From contig NZ_CP047960.1 in assembly GCF_014280195.1 (NCBI RefSeq), forward strand, positions 1,500,001-1,532,000: a DNA stretch of 32,000 nucleotides. The letters run 5' to 3'. Of this stretch, positions 17,578-27,805 are shown piece by piece (position 1 is the first letter of the stretch; each line of letters opens with the position of its first letter). Below the pieces are notes generated by a model. That model did not search any database. It saw only the letters and a program-made list of their open reading frames with translations, and was not told the origin of the DNA. This DNA comes from Synechococcus sp. A15-24 (GTDB lineage Bacteria > Cyanobacteriota > Cyanobacteriia > PCC-6307 > Cyanobiaceae). Position numbers and translations under genes: made by a program.

Positions 17578-18800
17578 GGCAACATCACCAGTCCCATCGG
17601 GTAGCTGTTGTGGCGTCGGGCCTCATCGAGGATCGGAGCGGGAAGGCGCACCCCTAACCGCTTCAGCACTGCTTCACCGATGTCCATGCGATCCAGCGTG
17701 CCGGCAGGAAGCCCGGCTGGGCTGAGCACCAGCACGCGTCCCTGTTGAGAGGCCTCCACAGCCTTGATCGCTTGCCAGATGGGCGCGCTGTCGGCAACAG
17801 AAGGAAGGGAGTCGAGGGGGCGCAGATGGTCGCCGACGGTCTGCCGATCCCATTGCTGAACCGGCAGATCCCTCAGGGGCTGATCATCCACCCAGCCCAG
17901 CCAGTGGGGGCCACGGCAGATCAGCAACCAATCCGCTCCGCGTTTGGCCTCGTCGTCCTGCAGCCGCAGCTGACTGAGCTTTCGCAGGGGTTGATCCGAT
18001 TCGATCACCCTGAAGCGGCGACTGGCGGCATCAGCCACCTTCAGGTCCTGAAGCACCTGATGCAACACCAACATCTGGGACTGACTGCGATTCGCTCCCA
18101 GGCCGAACCAACCGATCAGCATCAACATCACACCGTTGAAGCCACCGCCCTGCAGCAGCAGCAGGCCCCCCATCACGATCAACAACGTGGCCAGGGCACG
18201 GCCGGACGCCGCGGCCACCTGCATGCCCCGCTTCTGACTGCCGCTGAACTGCCAGACCAGCGCCTTCAGGATCAACCCGCCGTCCAAGGGCAAACCGGGC
18301 AGCAGATTGAACAACCCAAGCATCAGATTGAGCAGACCGAGCTGGGTGCAAAGCAGCGTGAGCAGGGGGCTGACAGCACCGGCCGGCACCGCTGCAAGCA
18401 GCAGGCCGAGGGCCAGCAGCAGGCTGACCAGCGGACCAGCGGCGGCAATCCGCAGGCTGCCCATGGCCGTGGTGCACTCCTTCTCCACCCGGGCGATGCC
18501 CCCCAGGTGAAACAGCGTGATGCTGAGTACCTTCACCCCTTCGCGGACAGCCATCACGGCATGGCCGAGTTCGTGAAGCAGCACCGACAGAAAGAGCATG
18601 AGTGCTGTGGCCAACCCGAGGCCCCAACTCACCAGCATCGGAACGGCTGGAGTGACCTCACTCGCATAACGCCCCTGAAATAGCGTGGTGAAGATGGCCA
18701 GGGCAAACAACCAGCTGGGCTGGATCCGCAGCGGAACGCCCCGAAAGGTCAACAGGGTCCAGCCTTCTCCCACCGCTGCTCCGTGGTATCGCTGCCCCAA
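17514..18800 (-). CDS. Site-2 protease family zinc metalloprotease (peptidase M50) with C-terminal CBS-like region
   Basis: A 428-aa ORF with HELGHAVMA (HExxH) and NLLPGLPLDGG motifs in TM segments. The start is ambiguous: TTG at 18800 or GTG at 18773. The 3' end overlaps the convergent ligase gene by 64 nt. Confidence 0.85.
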   Translation of the reverse strand: MGQRYHGAAVGEGWTLLTFRGVPLRIQPSWLFALAIFTTLFQGRYASEVTPAVPMLVSWGLGLATALMLFLSVLLHELGHAVMAVREGVKVLSITLFHLGGIARVEKECTTAMGSLRIAAAGPLVSLLLALGLLLAAVPAGAVSPLLTLLCTQLGLLNLMLGLFNLLPGLPLDGGLILKALVWQFSGSQKRGMQVAAASGRALATLLIVMGGLLLLQGGGFNGVMLMLIGWFGLGANRSQSQMLVLHQVLQDLKVADAASRRFRVIESDQPLRKLSQLRLQDDEAKRGADWLLICRGPHWLGWVDDQPLRDLPVQQWDRQTVGDHLRPLDSLPSVADSAPIWQAIKAVEASQQGRVLVLSPAGLPAGTLDRMDIGEAVLKRLGVRLPAPILDEARRHNSYPMGLVMLPQIVASMPANSEQSDRERAST

Positions 18801-18806
18801 TAGGGC

Positions 18807-19505
18807 ATGTCAAGCATGATCCTAAAGAGATCAGCCAGCAGGATCTTGCGCGATCAATCCACAGCTCCAGCCGTGAAGATCTGCGGCCTCACCGACACCG
18901 AACAGGCACTGGCGATCGCTGCCATGGGTGCAGATGCCATCGGTGTGATCGGCGTGGCAGGAACTCCGCGTTACCTCGAGGACAGCCCTCGCCGGGCCCT
19001 GTTCAGCCAACTGCAGCTGAACTTCCCTTCGCTCCAACGGGTCTGGGTGGTGGCGGACCCATCGAACGCGATGCTTGATGCATCACTGCAGGGAGAGGGC
19101 ACCCCAACGGTGATTCAGTTGCATGGCCAGGAAACCCCCTCGCAGTGCCAGGCGTTGCGCCAACGCCACCCCGAGATCACCGTCTGGAAGGCCCTGCGAT
19201 TGCGCAGCCAGGACGACCTCCATGCTGTGAAGGGCTATGTGCAATCAGTCGATGAACTGTTGCTCGATGCCTGGAGTCCGGATCAGCTGGGGGGCACGGG
19301 CCATCGGCTCCCCCTCGACTGGCTGGCGGAAACCACATTGCCGCTGCCCTGGTGGTTGGCCGGTGGCATCAGTGCGGAATGGATCCCGGAATTGCTTGAC
19401 CGCGTCACACCCGATGGCCTCGATGCCTCAAGCCGGCTTGAGGTCCGTCCCGGCTGGAAGGACCTCGAGAAGGTGAACGCACTGCTCTCGGCAGTTCAAG
19501 CCTGA
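18807..19505 (+). CDS. trpF: N-(5'-phosphoribosyl)anthranilate isomerase
   Basis: A 232-aa ORF with VKICGLTDTEQALAIAAMGADAIGVIG and ...WWLAGGISAEW..., typical of TrpF. The true start may be the ATG at 18816. Confidence 0.88.
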   Translation: MSSMILKRSASRILRDQSTAPAVKICGLTDTEQALAIAAMGADAIGVIGVAGTPRYLEDSPRRALFSQLQLNFPSLQRVWVVADPSNAMLDASLQGEGTPTVIQLHGQETPSQCQALRQRHPEITVWKALRLRSQDDLHAVKGYVQSVDELLLDAWSPDQLGGTGHRLPLDWLAETTLPLPWWLAGGISAEWIPELLDRVTPDGLDASSRLEVRPGWKDLEKVNALLSAVQA

Positions 19506-19508
19506 CGA

Positions 19509-20270
19509 TCAGCTGCTGAGCAGCGCCTCCTGCTGACGCACCAGTTCGAAGAATTCCTGCTTCAGGCTGGGGTCGTGGCGGAAGTCGCCCCGCACCACGG
19601 AATTCACCATGCTGGTTTGCGGCTCTTTCACACCGCGCCACTTCATGCAGTAGTGCTGGGCCTTGATGATGATGCCGAGTCCCTGGGGCTCACAAAGCTT
19701 CTCGATCTCATCGGCCAGGATCATTACCGCCTCTTCCTGGATGTGGGGCCGTGAGAAGACCCAGTCCGCCACGCGCGTGAACTTGGACAGTCCGATCACC
19801 CGGGCACCGGGTTTGATGCCGATCCAGCAGTTGCCCATGATGGGCACAAGGTGATGGGAGCAAGCCGATCGCACCGTGATCGGGCCAACGGTGTAGATCT
19901 CATCCAGCTTTTTAACGTTGGGGAAACTGGCCACCTTCGGCTGGTGGTGGTAGCGCCCTTTGAACACCTCATGGAGATACATCCGAGCCACACGCTCGGC
20001 GGTTTCATGGGTGTTGTGATCGTTGTCGATATCGATCACCAACGTGCGCAGCAGGTCGCGGACTTTGTCCGCCACCTCAACTTCCAGCGCTCTGAGTTCA
20101 CCGGGTTCGATGTACTCGGCGATGTTGTCGTTAGCAAGGAACGACACGCCTGCGGCCTGAAGCCGCTCGCGGATCCGGCTCGACACTTCGGCACTCAGAC
20201 GAGGCTGGCCGTTGCCGTTGGAGATGCCATTGCTGGCGCCATTGGTCACGAAAGGGACGGTGGTGGTCAT
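19509..20270 (-). CDS. folE: GTP cyclohydrolase I (type 1, FolE) with an N-terminal extension
   Basis: A 253-aa ORF with SACSHHLVPIMGNCWIGIKPGARVIGLSKFTRV and IIKAQHYCMKWRGV motifs. Confidence 0.92.
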   Translation of the reverse strand: MTTTVPFVTNGASNGISNGNGQPRLSAEVSSRIRERLQAAGVSFLANDNIAEYIEPGELRALEVEVADKVRDLLRTLVIDIDNDHNTHETAERVARMYLHEVFKGRYHHQPKVASFPNVKKLDEIYTVGPITVRSACSHHLVPIMGNCWIGIKPGARVIGLSKFTRVADWVFSRPHIQEEAVMILADEIEKLCEPQGLGIIIKAQHYCMKWRGVKEPQTSMVNSVVRGDFRHDPSLKQEFFELVRQQEALLSS

Positions 20271-20280
20271 GGCTATTCGT

Positions 20281-20988
20281 TCAGAAGGCGCCGGCAGCCG
20301 GCATGAGGGTTAAATCTTCGATCACCTGGTTGACGGGTTGTTCGGCCAGGTTCACCAAGGCCTCCGCTGCCTTGTCGACGGAGAGCATGGCACGACGATC
20401 GAAATCGCTCTGTACGGTTTCCGCGTCCCACAGGGGGGTATTGACGGCACCGAGGGTGAGGGTGCAGGCGCGGATTCCATGGGCTCGCTCCTCTTCCGCC
20501 AGGCAACGGGTGAAGCTGGCCAGAGCCGCTTTGCTGACGCAATACGCCCCCCATTGCGGGAAGGCATTGCGAGCGGCGTGGCTGTTGACGTTGATCACCA
20601 AACCTCCAGTTGCGCGCATGGCAGGAACCACGGCCGCACAAACCTGCATGACGCTGGTGACATTCAGCTGCATCAACCACTGCCAACGCTCCAACGGCAT
20701 GGCCAGCAAATCTCCCGTGTAAGCAGCACCTGCGTTGTTGATCAACACCGAAGGAGGAGAACCCTGCTCCAGAAGGCCTGTCAGCGCTGGCTGAATGGCC
20801 TGGGGATCGGTCAGGTCAATGGAGCTGACCTCCACCTGAACACCCATCGGCCGCAATTCAGCAGCCAATTGCTCGAGTTGATCGCCACTGCGGGCAACAA
20901 GCTTGAGATCCCAACCCTTGCGGGCTAACAGTTCAGCAGTTCGGCGGCCAATGCCACGACTTGCACCCGTAATCAGAGCCGTTGGCAA
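20281..20988 (-). CDS. Short-chain dehydrogenase/reductase (SDR) family oxidoreductase
   Basis: A 235-aa ORF with a TTG start. It has the TGASRGIG cofactor motif, NNAG, and a YCVSK catalytic Tyr-Lys motif. Confidence 0.88.
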   Translation of the reverse strand: MPTALITGASRGIGRRTAELLARKGWDLKLVARSGDQLEQLAAELRPMGVQVEVSSIDLTDPQAIQPALTGLLEQGSPPSVLINNAGAAYTGDLLAMPLERWQWLMQLNVTSVMQVCAAVVPAMRATGGLVINVNSHAARNAFPQWGAYCVSKAALASFTRCLAEEERAHGIRACTLTLGAVNTPLWDAETVQSDFDRRAMLSVDKAAEALVNLAEQPVNQVIEDLTLMPAAGAF

Positions 20989-21012
20989 GCGCTGTTTGCA
21001 AACCGTGACAGA

Positions 21013-22002
21013 TTAATCGATTTTGCCAGGATTCTGTGAATTTCCCTCAACAAAGCGCCCCATTGCACGGAATTTTCGATAACGGCTGTCTCTTAACTCA
21101 CGTTCCGACAGGGCCAACAGCTCAGCGAGATGCCGCTCCAGTGCAGCCCGCAGGGTCTGACCTGCCTCCAGAGGGGCCCAGTTGTTCCCGCCGGACGGTT
21201 CCTCAAGCACCTCATCCACCACACCGAGCTCCAAGAGGTCGACACCGGTGATGCGCAGCGCCGTGGCCGCATCAGGTGCCTTGGCCGCATCCCGCCAGAG
21301 GATCGAGGCACACGCTTCAGGACTGGCCACCGTGTAAACGCTGTGCTCGAACATCAGCAAGCGGTCGGCCACTCCGATACCAAGGGCTCCGCCGGAACCC
21401 CCCTCACCGATCACTGTGGCGATCACAGGGACCCGCAGCCGGAACATCTCGCGCAGATTGACGGCGATGGCTTCACCCTGCCCCTGCTCCTCCGCCTGCA
21501 GCCCTGCATAGGCTCCCGGAGTGTCGATGAAACTCAGGATCGGTAAGCGGAATCGATCAGCATGATCCATCAGACGCATGGCCTTGCGATACCCCCCTGG
21601 GGTGGCCATGCCGAAGTTTCGGGCAACGTTCTCCTTGGTGTCGCGTCCCTTCTGATGGCCGATCAACAGCACCGGCTGATCACCCAGACGCCCAACACCG
21701 CCCACCAGGGCCTGATCATCGTTGCCGCGTCGATCACCATGCAATTCAATCCAGTCGTCACAGAACATCTGGATGAAATCCAGGGTGCTGGGACGATGGG
21801 GGTGACGGGCTACCTGGATCTTCTGGGCCGGCGTTAGCCCCTGGAAAATCTCCTGACGACGGCGAGCCGCCAGAGACTCCAGCTGATGGAGCTGCTGACT
21901 GACATCCACCTCGGAATCCCTGGCGAGCTGGCGGATCTGTTCGATCTGCTGCTCCAGCTCCACCAGAGGCTTCTCGAATTCGAGTAGGGGGCGGCGAGGC
22001 AT
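21013..22002 (-). CDS. accA: Acetyl-CoA carboxylase carboxyltransferase alpha subunit
   Basis: A 329-aa ORF ([18 protein letters not shown]..., [23 protein letters not shown]...) that is classic AccA. Confidence 0.95.
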   Translation of the reverse strand: MPRRPLLEFEKPLVELEQQIEQIRQLARDSEVDVSQQLHQLESLAARRRQEIFQGLTPAQKIQVARHPHRPSTLDFIQMFCDDWIELHGDRRGNDDQALVGGVGRLGDQPVLLIGHQKGRDTKENVARNFGMATPGGYRKAMRLMDHADRFRLPILSFIDTPGAYAGLQAEEQGQGEAIAVNLREMFRLRVPVIATVIGEGGSGGALGIGVADRLLMFEHSVYTVASPEACASILWRDAAKAPDAATALRITGVDLLELGVVDEVLEEPSGGNNWAPLEAGQTLRAALERHLAELLALSERELRDSRYRKFRAMGRFVEGNSQNPGKID

Positions 22003-22012
22003 GGCGTTAGTA

Positions 22013-23053
22013 TCAGGCGGCGGCGGCCTGGGCAGAGGGGTTGAGGTTCAGCGTGGAAAAACCATGGCGCACCGAAGCAGCTCCGATGAAGTCCATTTTC
22101 TCCAGGGTGATGTTGTTTCGACCCCAGCTGAAATTCGTATGACAGCGCTCGAACTCCAGCAGCATGGCCTCAGCGAAGCAGGCAAACATCTGCCGTTGTG
22201 GCTTCTCCATTTCGGCGATTTGCATCATCGTCCAGCCGATGTCCTTGCAGAACTCAACGATTCCTCCTTTGAGGACATGAATGCCGCCACCAGCAACTTT
22301 GGTGTCGAGGTTTTTCGGATAGCCGCCATCGATCATCAGGCAGGGCTTGCGCAAGCTGGCCTGATCGATCTCCAAGGTGCGCGGCATGCTCGCCACCCAC
22401 ACCACCACATCCGCCTCGGACAGGGCCTCATCCAGGGTGAGGATTCGTCCGCCGCCGATCTGCGCCTGAAGGTCCAGCAACGGCTGTTGCTGGCGGGCCA
22501 CCAGCAACAGTTCTCCAACACCGGTGCGCGCTGACAGCCAGCGGCACACGGCACTGCCGATGTCTCCAGTGGCACCCACCACAGCCACCTTGGCGGTTTT
22601 CAGGTCGATGCCGAGGGTTGGTGCGTTGTTCTCCACCTGACAGCAGATCACCCAGGCGGTGTGAGTGTTGCCGGTTGTGAAACGCTGCCACTCCAGCGTT
22701 GTGCTGCGCACCGTCTGGTGCTGCAGCAGGTTGAAGTTCTCAAAAATGATCGAGGTGAAGCCGCCGAGAGCGGTGATATTGATCCCCTTCTTCTGCGCCA
22801 GCTCCATGGCGTTCAAAACCTTGCGCCGCGCCGTTTTGAACCGGCTCAGCATTTCCGGAACGAAACAGGAATCGATGTAGGCACCTTTGATCGTGGTGCC
22901 TATGGGACTGGAGATCTCCACGTGTTCCACCAACTGCGGTGGTGCACTGCACCAAACATCGAGATCTCCATCAGCGATGTGATCGAAACCAAGTTCCATC
23001 GCCTTGCGACGGGCTGCATCGAAGCTCGTTGAATGCCCGATCAGACCAAACAT
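22013..23053 (-). CDS. aar: Long-chain acyl-ACP reductase (alkane pathway, AAR)
   Basis: A 346-aa ORF ([43 protein letters not shown]...) matching the cyanobacterial AAR (orf1594-type) N-terminus. It is adjacent to ado. Confidence 0.92.
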   Translation of the reverse strand: MFGLIGHSTSFDAARRKAMELGFDHIADGDLDVWCSAPPQLVEHVEISSPIGTTIKGAYIDSCFVPEMLSRFKTARRKVLNAMELAQKKGINITALGGFTSIIFENFNLLQHQTVRSTTLEWQRFTTGNTHTAWVICCQVENNAPTLGIDLKTAKVAVVGATGDIGSAVCRWLSARTGVGELLLVARQQQPLLDLQAQIGGGRILTLDEALSEADVVVWVASMPRTLEIDQASLRKPCLMIDGGYPKNLDTKVAGGGIHVLKGGIVEFCKDIGWTMMQIAEMEKPQRQMFACFAEAMLLEFERCHTNFSWGRNNITLEKMDFIGAASVRHGFSTLNLNPSAQAAAA

Positions 23054-23151
23054 GCACCCGCTCTAAACACGCCGCTAATGACGACCCGATCCTCCATGCT
23101 CCCACGGCACGGCAGGATTCTGATCAAGTTCCTGTGGACAAACCGGCCGAA

Positions 23152-23171
23152 GGTCTGAGTGACCTCAGACC
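23152..23171 (-). other. Perfect 8-bp hairpin that encloses the ado stop codon
   Basis: GGTCTGAG (23152-23159) and CTCAGACC (23164-23171) flank a 4-nt loop. The TGA stop (23167-23165, minus strand) lies inside the stem. Confidence 0.4.
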
Positions 23172-23884
23172 GCAAGGGCTGCAGCAGCCATCCGGGCGAT
23201 GTCTCTGGAGGTGAATCCGATCTCCCCGAGAGCCTCCTGATAGGCGATGAGGAAATCTTCGATCAGGTCTTCCTTCTCCATATGCAGCACAGCGGCATCG
23301 GACGCGACCTCTTCAAGCATTGAGCGAATCAAGGGGAGGTTGGCTTTGTTGGCCTCGAACAGCTCATCCTTGCTGGCTTCAAAGTTGGCCTTCAGCCATT
23401 CCTGGCCGTAGTTCAGATGGGTGTACTCGTCCTTCACCACACCCTCTGTGATCTTGCGAGCAAAGGGATCGGCTACAGGGATATAGATGTGATAAGCCGA
23501 AATCGCAAAGGCTTCGATCAGCAGGGCCTGGATCAGCAGGCAGGTCACCACCTTGCCCTCCTTCAGTGCGGCCTGGAAGTTCCCGTGCAGGGGCTCGAAA
23601 AATTTCTTGGCGAACACCATGTCCGCCTCGACTCCCAGGTTGCGGCCGCAGGAGGTAAAGCCTTTCATGTGCTTCATTTCCATCCGCGCCAGCTTCGCCA
23701 GTTCGTCCTCCTGATCAGGAATCAAGCTGCCGAGGGAGATGTAATTGTCGTGGGCTTCCTGCTCGCCCTCGATCACGATGGCGTTGATGCGGCTGTAGGC
23801 ATCCTTGTAAGCCTCGGTGGTGAAATCAGGCAGCGCGTCCAGGCCCTCCACCACAGCTGCCTCGGGTGCGTTGAGGGTCGTCAT
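23165..23884 (-). CDS. ado: Aldehyde-deformylating oxygenase (alkane pathway, ADO; ferritin-like di-iron)
   Basis: Lies in ORF 23165..23995(-). I chose the ATG at 23884 ([48 protein letters not shown]...). This gives a typical ~239-aa ADO and avoids overlap with the creatininase-family gene. The EQEAH and EAFAISAY motifs are present. Confidence 0.92.
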   Translation of the reverse strand: MTTLNAPEAAVVEGLDALPDFTTEAYKDAYSRINAIVIEGEQEAHDNYISLGSLIPDQEDELAKLARMEMKHMKGFTSCGRNLGVEADMVFAKKFFEPLHGNFQAALKEGKVVTCLLIQALLIEAFAISAYHIYIPVADPFARKITEGVVKDEYTHLNYGQEWLKANFEASKDELFEANKANLPLIRSMLEEVASDAAVLHMEKEDLIEDFLIAYQEALGEIGFTSRDIARMAAAALAV

Positions 23885-23960
23885 AGGACGTGGTCCACCA
23901 CTTTCAGTGCGACTGAGAATAACCAGGACCCCCAATCTTGGTGAGAGAAGCGTTCTCAGT

Positions 23961-24791
23961 TCAGGACGCAGAGGTCCTGTCAGCAGCCTTTTCAACCGCT
24001 GGCCAGTCGCTCGTCAACAACGCCTGGAATCGCGCGGTCCAATGCACCAGCAGGTGCTGTTCCAAGGCCAGTCCAAGCTCAGCTGAAGCAGCACCGCTGT
24101 CTCCAATCACACCGCTGCGACTGAGATCCTGCATCAACCAGGCCGAAGGAGCGGCCCCTTCCAAACTCCAACCGCTGGGGGGAAGAGGGCAGCTGTCTAA
24201 ACCAGGCAAACCGTCTTTCGGGCGCTGATCACCAACCAGTTCAGGGGCCTGATGCAGCATCAACGATGTCTCCGCCAAACCGGCGTGCAGACCATTCACC
24301 AACTCATCTGCAGGCAGCAGATCAGCGAGCCCTTCCACCCCACTCCAGAGAAAACAAGGCAGCACAGCCATCGCCGGACAGCGTTGCCGCAGCGCCCGGG
24401 CCGCGACCTGCAGCAAGGCGATCTGCCCACCGTGGGCGTTGAACAGCACCAGGCGACGCCATCCCATGGCAGCCAGCTGCTCCCCCAGTTGCACGACCAA
24501 GGCGATCAGCAGGTCCGAGGACAAACTGAGGGTGCCTGGAAACGATTGGTGTTCCGGTGAAAAGCCGATGACCTGGGTCGGCAATCTCCAGATCGGCAGT
24601 TCAGGATTGAGCTCTGCCAGAACGGCGTCAGCGATCCGTTCAGCAAACAGGGCATCGGTGACAAGGGGGAGATGGGGGCCGTGCTGCTCACAGGCACCAA
24701 ATGGCCAGATCAGCGTTGATCCATCGCAGTGGGCTCTCTCCTGGATCTCAGGCCAGGCGAGCTGGTCAAAGCGACGCCGATGGCCCGTCAT
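23961..24791 (-). CDS. Creatininase-family amidohydrolase
   Basis: A 276-aa [26 protein letters not shown] is the characteristic metal-site motif of the creatininase family. Confidence 0.8.
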   Translation of the reverse strand: MTGHRRRFDQLAWPEIQERAHCDGSTLIWPFGACEQHGPHLPLVTDALFAERIADAVLAELNPELPIWRLPTQVIGFSPEHQSFPGTLSLSSDLLIALVVQLGEQLAAMGWRRLVLFNAHGGQIALLQVAARALRQRCPAMAVLPCFLWSGVEGLADLLPADELVNGLHAGLAETSLMLHQAPELVGDQRPKDGLPGLDSCPLPPSGWSLEGAAPSAWLMQDLSRSGVIGDSGAASAELGLALEQHLLVHWTARFQALLTSDWPAVEKAADRTSAS

Positions 24792-24862
24792 CGAAACTCG
24801 TGTTGCATCGTTCCCAGACCTGTCCCTCCCTGTCAGAATGGTCGATCGACGACCTCCTGTTC

Positions 24863-26089
24863 ATGGCCGCAGCTGGCAGTTCGCAGCCCAATCGCCCCAA
24901 GGCACCGCGAGCGGCTGCGACCCCACCGCTCCAGGTGATGAAGATCAACCGCAAGAAGGAGCAGGAGCAGCTGCAACGCGAGGCCGCAGAAGCTCGCGCA
25001 GCAGCCGAGGCGGCAGCCGAAAAGGCACGCCTGCTGGAGGAGCGGGCGGGATTGATGGGTCCACCCCGAGCGGCTGCGGCCGAGGCCGATGACGATCGCT
25101 TCGACATGGGCGCCATGGAGGGGATGACCATGGCGGATCTGATGGGATCGCCTGATAATGCACCCCGCCGCCAAGACGACAACAAACCCCGCAGCGTTGA
25201 CGACTTCGACTTCGACGAAGAAGCCTTCCTGGCCGCCCTGGATGAGAACGCTCCCGTGGGCACCACGGGAGATGTAGTGCAAGGCACCGTGATCGGGCTT
25301 GAAAGTGATGGCATCTATGTGGACATCGGCGGCAAAGCGCCGGGATTCATGCCCAAAAGCGAGGCCGGCCTGGGGGTGATCACCAACCTGGGTGAGCGTT
25401 TCCCCAAAGGGCTGCAGGTCGAGGTGCTGGTCACCCGCGAACAGAACGCAGATGGCATGGTCACCATCAGCTGCAGGGCCCTCGAACTGCGCAAGAGCTG
25501 GGACAAGGTCAAGGAACTCGAGAAGCAGGGGAAGGTGGTGCAGGTGATCGTCAACGGGTTCAACCGTGGCGGTGTGACCTGCGATCTCGAGGGCCTGCGG
25601 GGCTTCATTCCCCGATCCCAGCTGCAGGAGGGCGACAACCACCAGGAGCTGGTGGGCAAGACCCTCGGGGTGGCCTTCATCGAGGTCAACTCTGAAACCC
25701 GCAAGCTGGTGTTGTCGCAGAAACGTGCTGCGGTGGCTGCCCGTTTCCAGGAGCTGGAGGTTGGCCAGTTGGTGGAGGGTGTGGTTGCCGCGGTGAAGCC
25801 CTATGGGTTGTTCGTCGACCTGGGGGGAATCAGCGGCCTGCTGCACCAGTCCTCCATCACCAACGGCAGCCTGCGGTCCATCCGCGAGGTGTTCGATCAG
25901 GGCGACCGTGTTCAAGCGCTGATCACGGAGCTTGATCCTGGCCGTGGCCGCATCGGATTGAATACCGCGCTGCTGGAGGGTCCCCCCGGCGAATTGCTGA
26001 TTGAAAAAGACAAGGTGATGGCAGAGGCCAGTGATCGCGCCAGCCGCGCCCAGAGCATGCTCAAACAACGTGAACAAGAAGCCGGATGA
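24863..26089 (+). CDS. rps1b: 30S ribosomal protein S1 homologue (Rps1b/Nbp1-like): three S1 RNA-binding domains after an Ala/Glu-rich N-terminal region
   Basis: Lies in ORF 24701..26089(+). I chose the ATG at 24863 because the longer ORF overlaps the divergent creatininase gene (the ATG at 24938 is also possible). S1 repeats were read by eye (GDVVQGTVIGLESDGIYVDIGGK..., GKVVQVIVNGFNRGGVTCDLEG..., GQLVEGVVAAVKPYGLFVDLGG...). Confidence 0.85.
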   Translation: MAAAGSSQPNRPKAPRAAATPPLQVMKINRKKEQEQLQREAAEARAAAEAAAEKARLLEERAGLMGPPRAAAAEADDDRFDMGAMEGMTMADLMGSPDNAPRRQDDNKPRSVDDFDFDEEAFLAALDENAPVGTTGDVVQGTVIGLESDGIYVDIGGKAPGFMPKSEAGLGVITNLGERFPKGLQVEVLVTREQNADGMVTISCRALELRKSWDKVKELEKQGKVVQVIVNGFNRGGVTCDLEGLRGFIPRSQLQEGDNHQELVGKTLGVAFIEVNSETRKLVLSQKRAAVAARFQELEVGQLVEGVVAAVKPYGLFVDLGGISGLLHQSSITNGSLRSIREVFDQGDRVQALITELDPGRGRIGLNTALLEGPPGELLIEKDKVMAEASDRASRAQSMLKQREQEAG

Positions 26090-26967
26090 ACGCCACGCAA
26101 ACGGTCGGCGCCGACTGGGAACTGGATTTCTATTCCAGGCCGATTCTTGAAGCCGACGGGCGCAAACGCTGGGAGCTGTTGGTCACTGCAACCCCCGCGG
26201 CAGATGCAACTGAGATCCCCTTCCGTTTTTCCAAATGCTGCCCATCGGGGGAGGTCAATTCCCTCTGGTTAACGGCTGCCCTCGGCGAAGCCCGGCAATG
26301 CGCGATGGAGGCCGGCTGGCCGGCACCCCGACGCCTGCGCTGCTGGCGCAGCTCCATGCGAACGATGGTTCAGCGGGCTGCCACGGAGCTGGATCTGGAA
26401 ATGATCGCCAGCCGCCGCACCTATGCGCTGCTGGAGTGGTTGCAACAGCGCGAGCAAGAGGTCTATCCCCAGGAGGAAGGCTTCATGGCAGGCCCTCTGG
26501 CCCCACCGCCCGCACCTGTCGCCACCCCGCCTGTGCCGCTGCCTGAAGAGGTGCAGGGCGATGCCTGGTCCTGGGCATCCCTGCCGACGGATCTTCTGAG
26601 TGACGCGTCGGACTGGCCCACCAGCTTCAGCGGCCTGCTGCCCCTCCCGGCCGGCCTGGACAGCAACCAGCCGGTGCCGGGGCTGCGTCTGTTCAGCAAC
26701 AGCCGCGCCCTGGCGATGGCCGGCTGGCTGGGGGGTCTTGAGCCGGTGCGGCTGCTGGTGGAGGGTCGTCAGCTCGTGCTCGAAGCAGGGCAGGACGACC
26801 GTTGGTTGGTGAGTGATCTGGATTCAGCGGCGGCCGAGGCCATCGCCGAGGAGCTGGCGCAATCCAAGGAACGCGGCAAGGGGCTTCAATTCATCGCGAT
26901 CCAGACCAGCCCCGAGCAGCAAGCCTTCGCGGGCTTCTGGATGATGCGTGACATCGCCACCCTCTAG
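26086..26967 (+). CDS. Tab2/ATAB2-family RNA-binding protein (DUF1092)
   Basis: A 293-aa ORF. WELDFYSRPILEADGRKRWELLV at the N-terminus and GLQFIAIQTSPEQQAFAGFWMMRD at the C-terminus are the hallmark blocks of the family. Its ATG overlaps the rps1b stop (ATGA at 26086-26089). Confidence 0.8.
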   Translation: MNATQTVGADWELDFYSRPILEADGRKRWELLVTATPAADATEIPFRFSKCCPSGEVNSLWLTAALGEARQCAMEAGWPAPRRLRCWRSSMRTMVQRAATELDLEMIASRRTYALLEWLQQREQEVYPQEEGFMAGPLAPPPAPVATPPVPLPEEVQGDAWSWASLPTDLLSDASDWPTSFSGLLPLPAGLDSNQPVPGLRLFSNSRALAMAGWLGGLEPVRLLVEGRQLVLEAGQDDRWLVSDLDSAAAEAIAEELAQSKERGKGLQFIAIQTSPEQQAFAGFWMMRDIATL

Positions 26968-26974
26968 GCCAGCC

Positions 26975-27805
26975 ATGCCGATGGAAGGCCACGATCCTTT
27001 CGATCGACCGGACAACAGCTTCAACACCCTGCAGGGCTGGACCTGGATTGGCTGCTACGGCGGCTATTACCTGCAGTGCGATCGTCTCGACGCTGCAGGC
27101 TTTGAACACGGGTTCTTCACGCGCCGCTGGCAGGGCCGAGGCCCCGACGAACTGGCCGGTTACATCAGTGCTGGCATCAGCGTCCATCGTCCCCAGCAGA
27201 TCCACAGTGGAGTCGTTCTGAAGGCCAGCGAAGCCCGCCAGGAGCCCTGGCCCGAGGCCGATGGCCTGGTGAGTGATGGCGGCAGCCAGAGCCTCTGGGT
27301 CTGTGGTGCCGACTGCACGCCGGTTCTGATCGCCGATCGCGGCACCGGCCATGCCGCGGCCTGTCATGCCGGCTGGCGTGGCGTGGCCGCGGGGATCTTT
27401 CCGGAGGCCGTGCGGCTTCTGGAGCAACGCGGTGCACGGCGAGACGATCTTCTGGTGGCCCTGGGGCCAGCGGTGAGCGGCGCGAACTACCAAGTGGGCC
27501 CTGAGGTGGTGGCGGCCATCGCCCAGGGGCTCAACATCCCTGCTGATGCCGAAGCAGCACTCGAAGACGCCGGGGCGTTGCTGCCGGATTCAGATCCGCA
27601 GCGCCATCGGCTGGACATCCGTCGCGCCGCGGCCCTGCAGTTGCAGCGCATCGGTTTGACACCAGCCCAGATCAGCCACTGCCCGCTCTGCACCGTCAGC
27701 GAACCGGAGCTGTTCCACTCCTGGCGGCGGGATCAGGTGAAAGCGGTGCAGTGGAGCGGCATTGTCAGTCAGGCCGCTGACTTGGACGAAGCCGCCAGCA
27801 GCTGA
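26975..27805 (+). CDS. pgeF: YfiH/PgeF-family (DUF152) purine nucleoside phosphorylase / peptidoglycan-editing-factor-like protein
   Basis: Lies in ORF 26948..27805(+). I chose the ATG at 26975 (the GTG at 26948 and the ATG at 26981 are possible). DGLVSD, CGADCTPVLIAD and AACHAGWRG motifs are present. Confidence 0.85.
   Translation: MPMEGHDPFDRPDNSFNTLQGWTWIGCYGGYYLQCDRLDAAGFEHGFFTRRWQGRGPDELAGYISAGISVHRPQQIHSGVVLKASEARQEPWPEADGLVSDGGSQSLWVCGADCTPVLIADRGTGHAAACHAGWRGVAAGIFPEAVRLLEQRGARRDDLLVALGPAVSGANYQVGPEVVAAIAQGLNIPADAEAALEDAGALLPDSDPQRHRLDIRRAAALQLQRIGLTPAQISHCPLCTVSEPELFHSWRRDQVKAVQWSGIVSQAADLDEAASS

Noticed and set aside
23912-23960. An 8-bp inverted repeat ACTGAGAA...TTCTCAGT directly after the creatininase-family stop, as a terminator.
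   Set aside because: The arms are separated by 33 nt with only weak internal pairing, and no U tract follows. It also lies in the expected ado promoter region, so its function is unclear. It is too weak to call.
23885-23995. N-terminally extended versions of ado (to 23995), csoS4A (to 1441), csoS1E (to 805) and rps1b (from 24701), as given in the ORF track.
   Set aside because: The extensions overlap the neighbouring gene or intergenic control regions and are Arg/Pro/Gly-rich without family similarity. Internal ATGs restore the canonical N-termini of each family.
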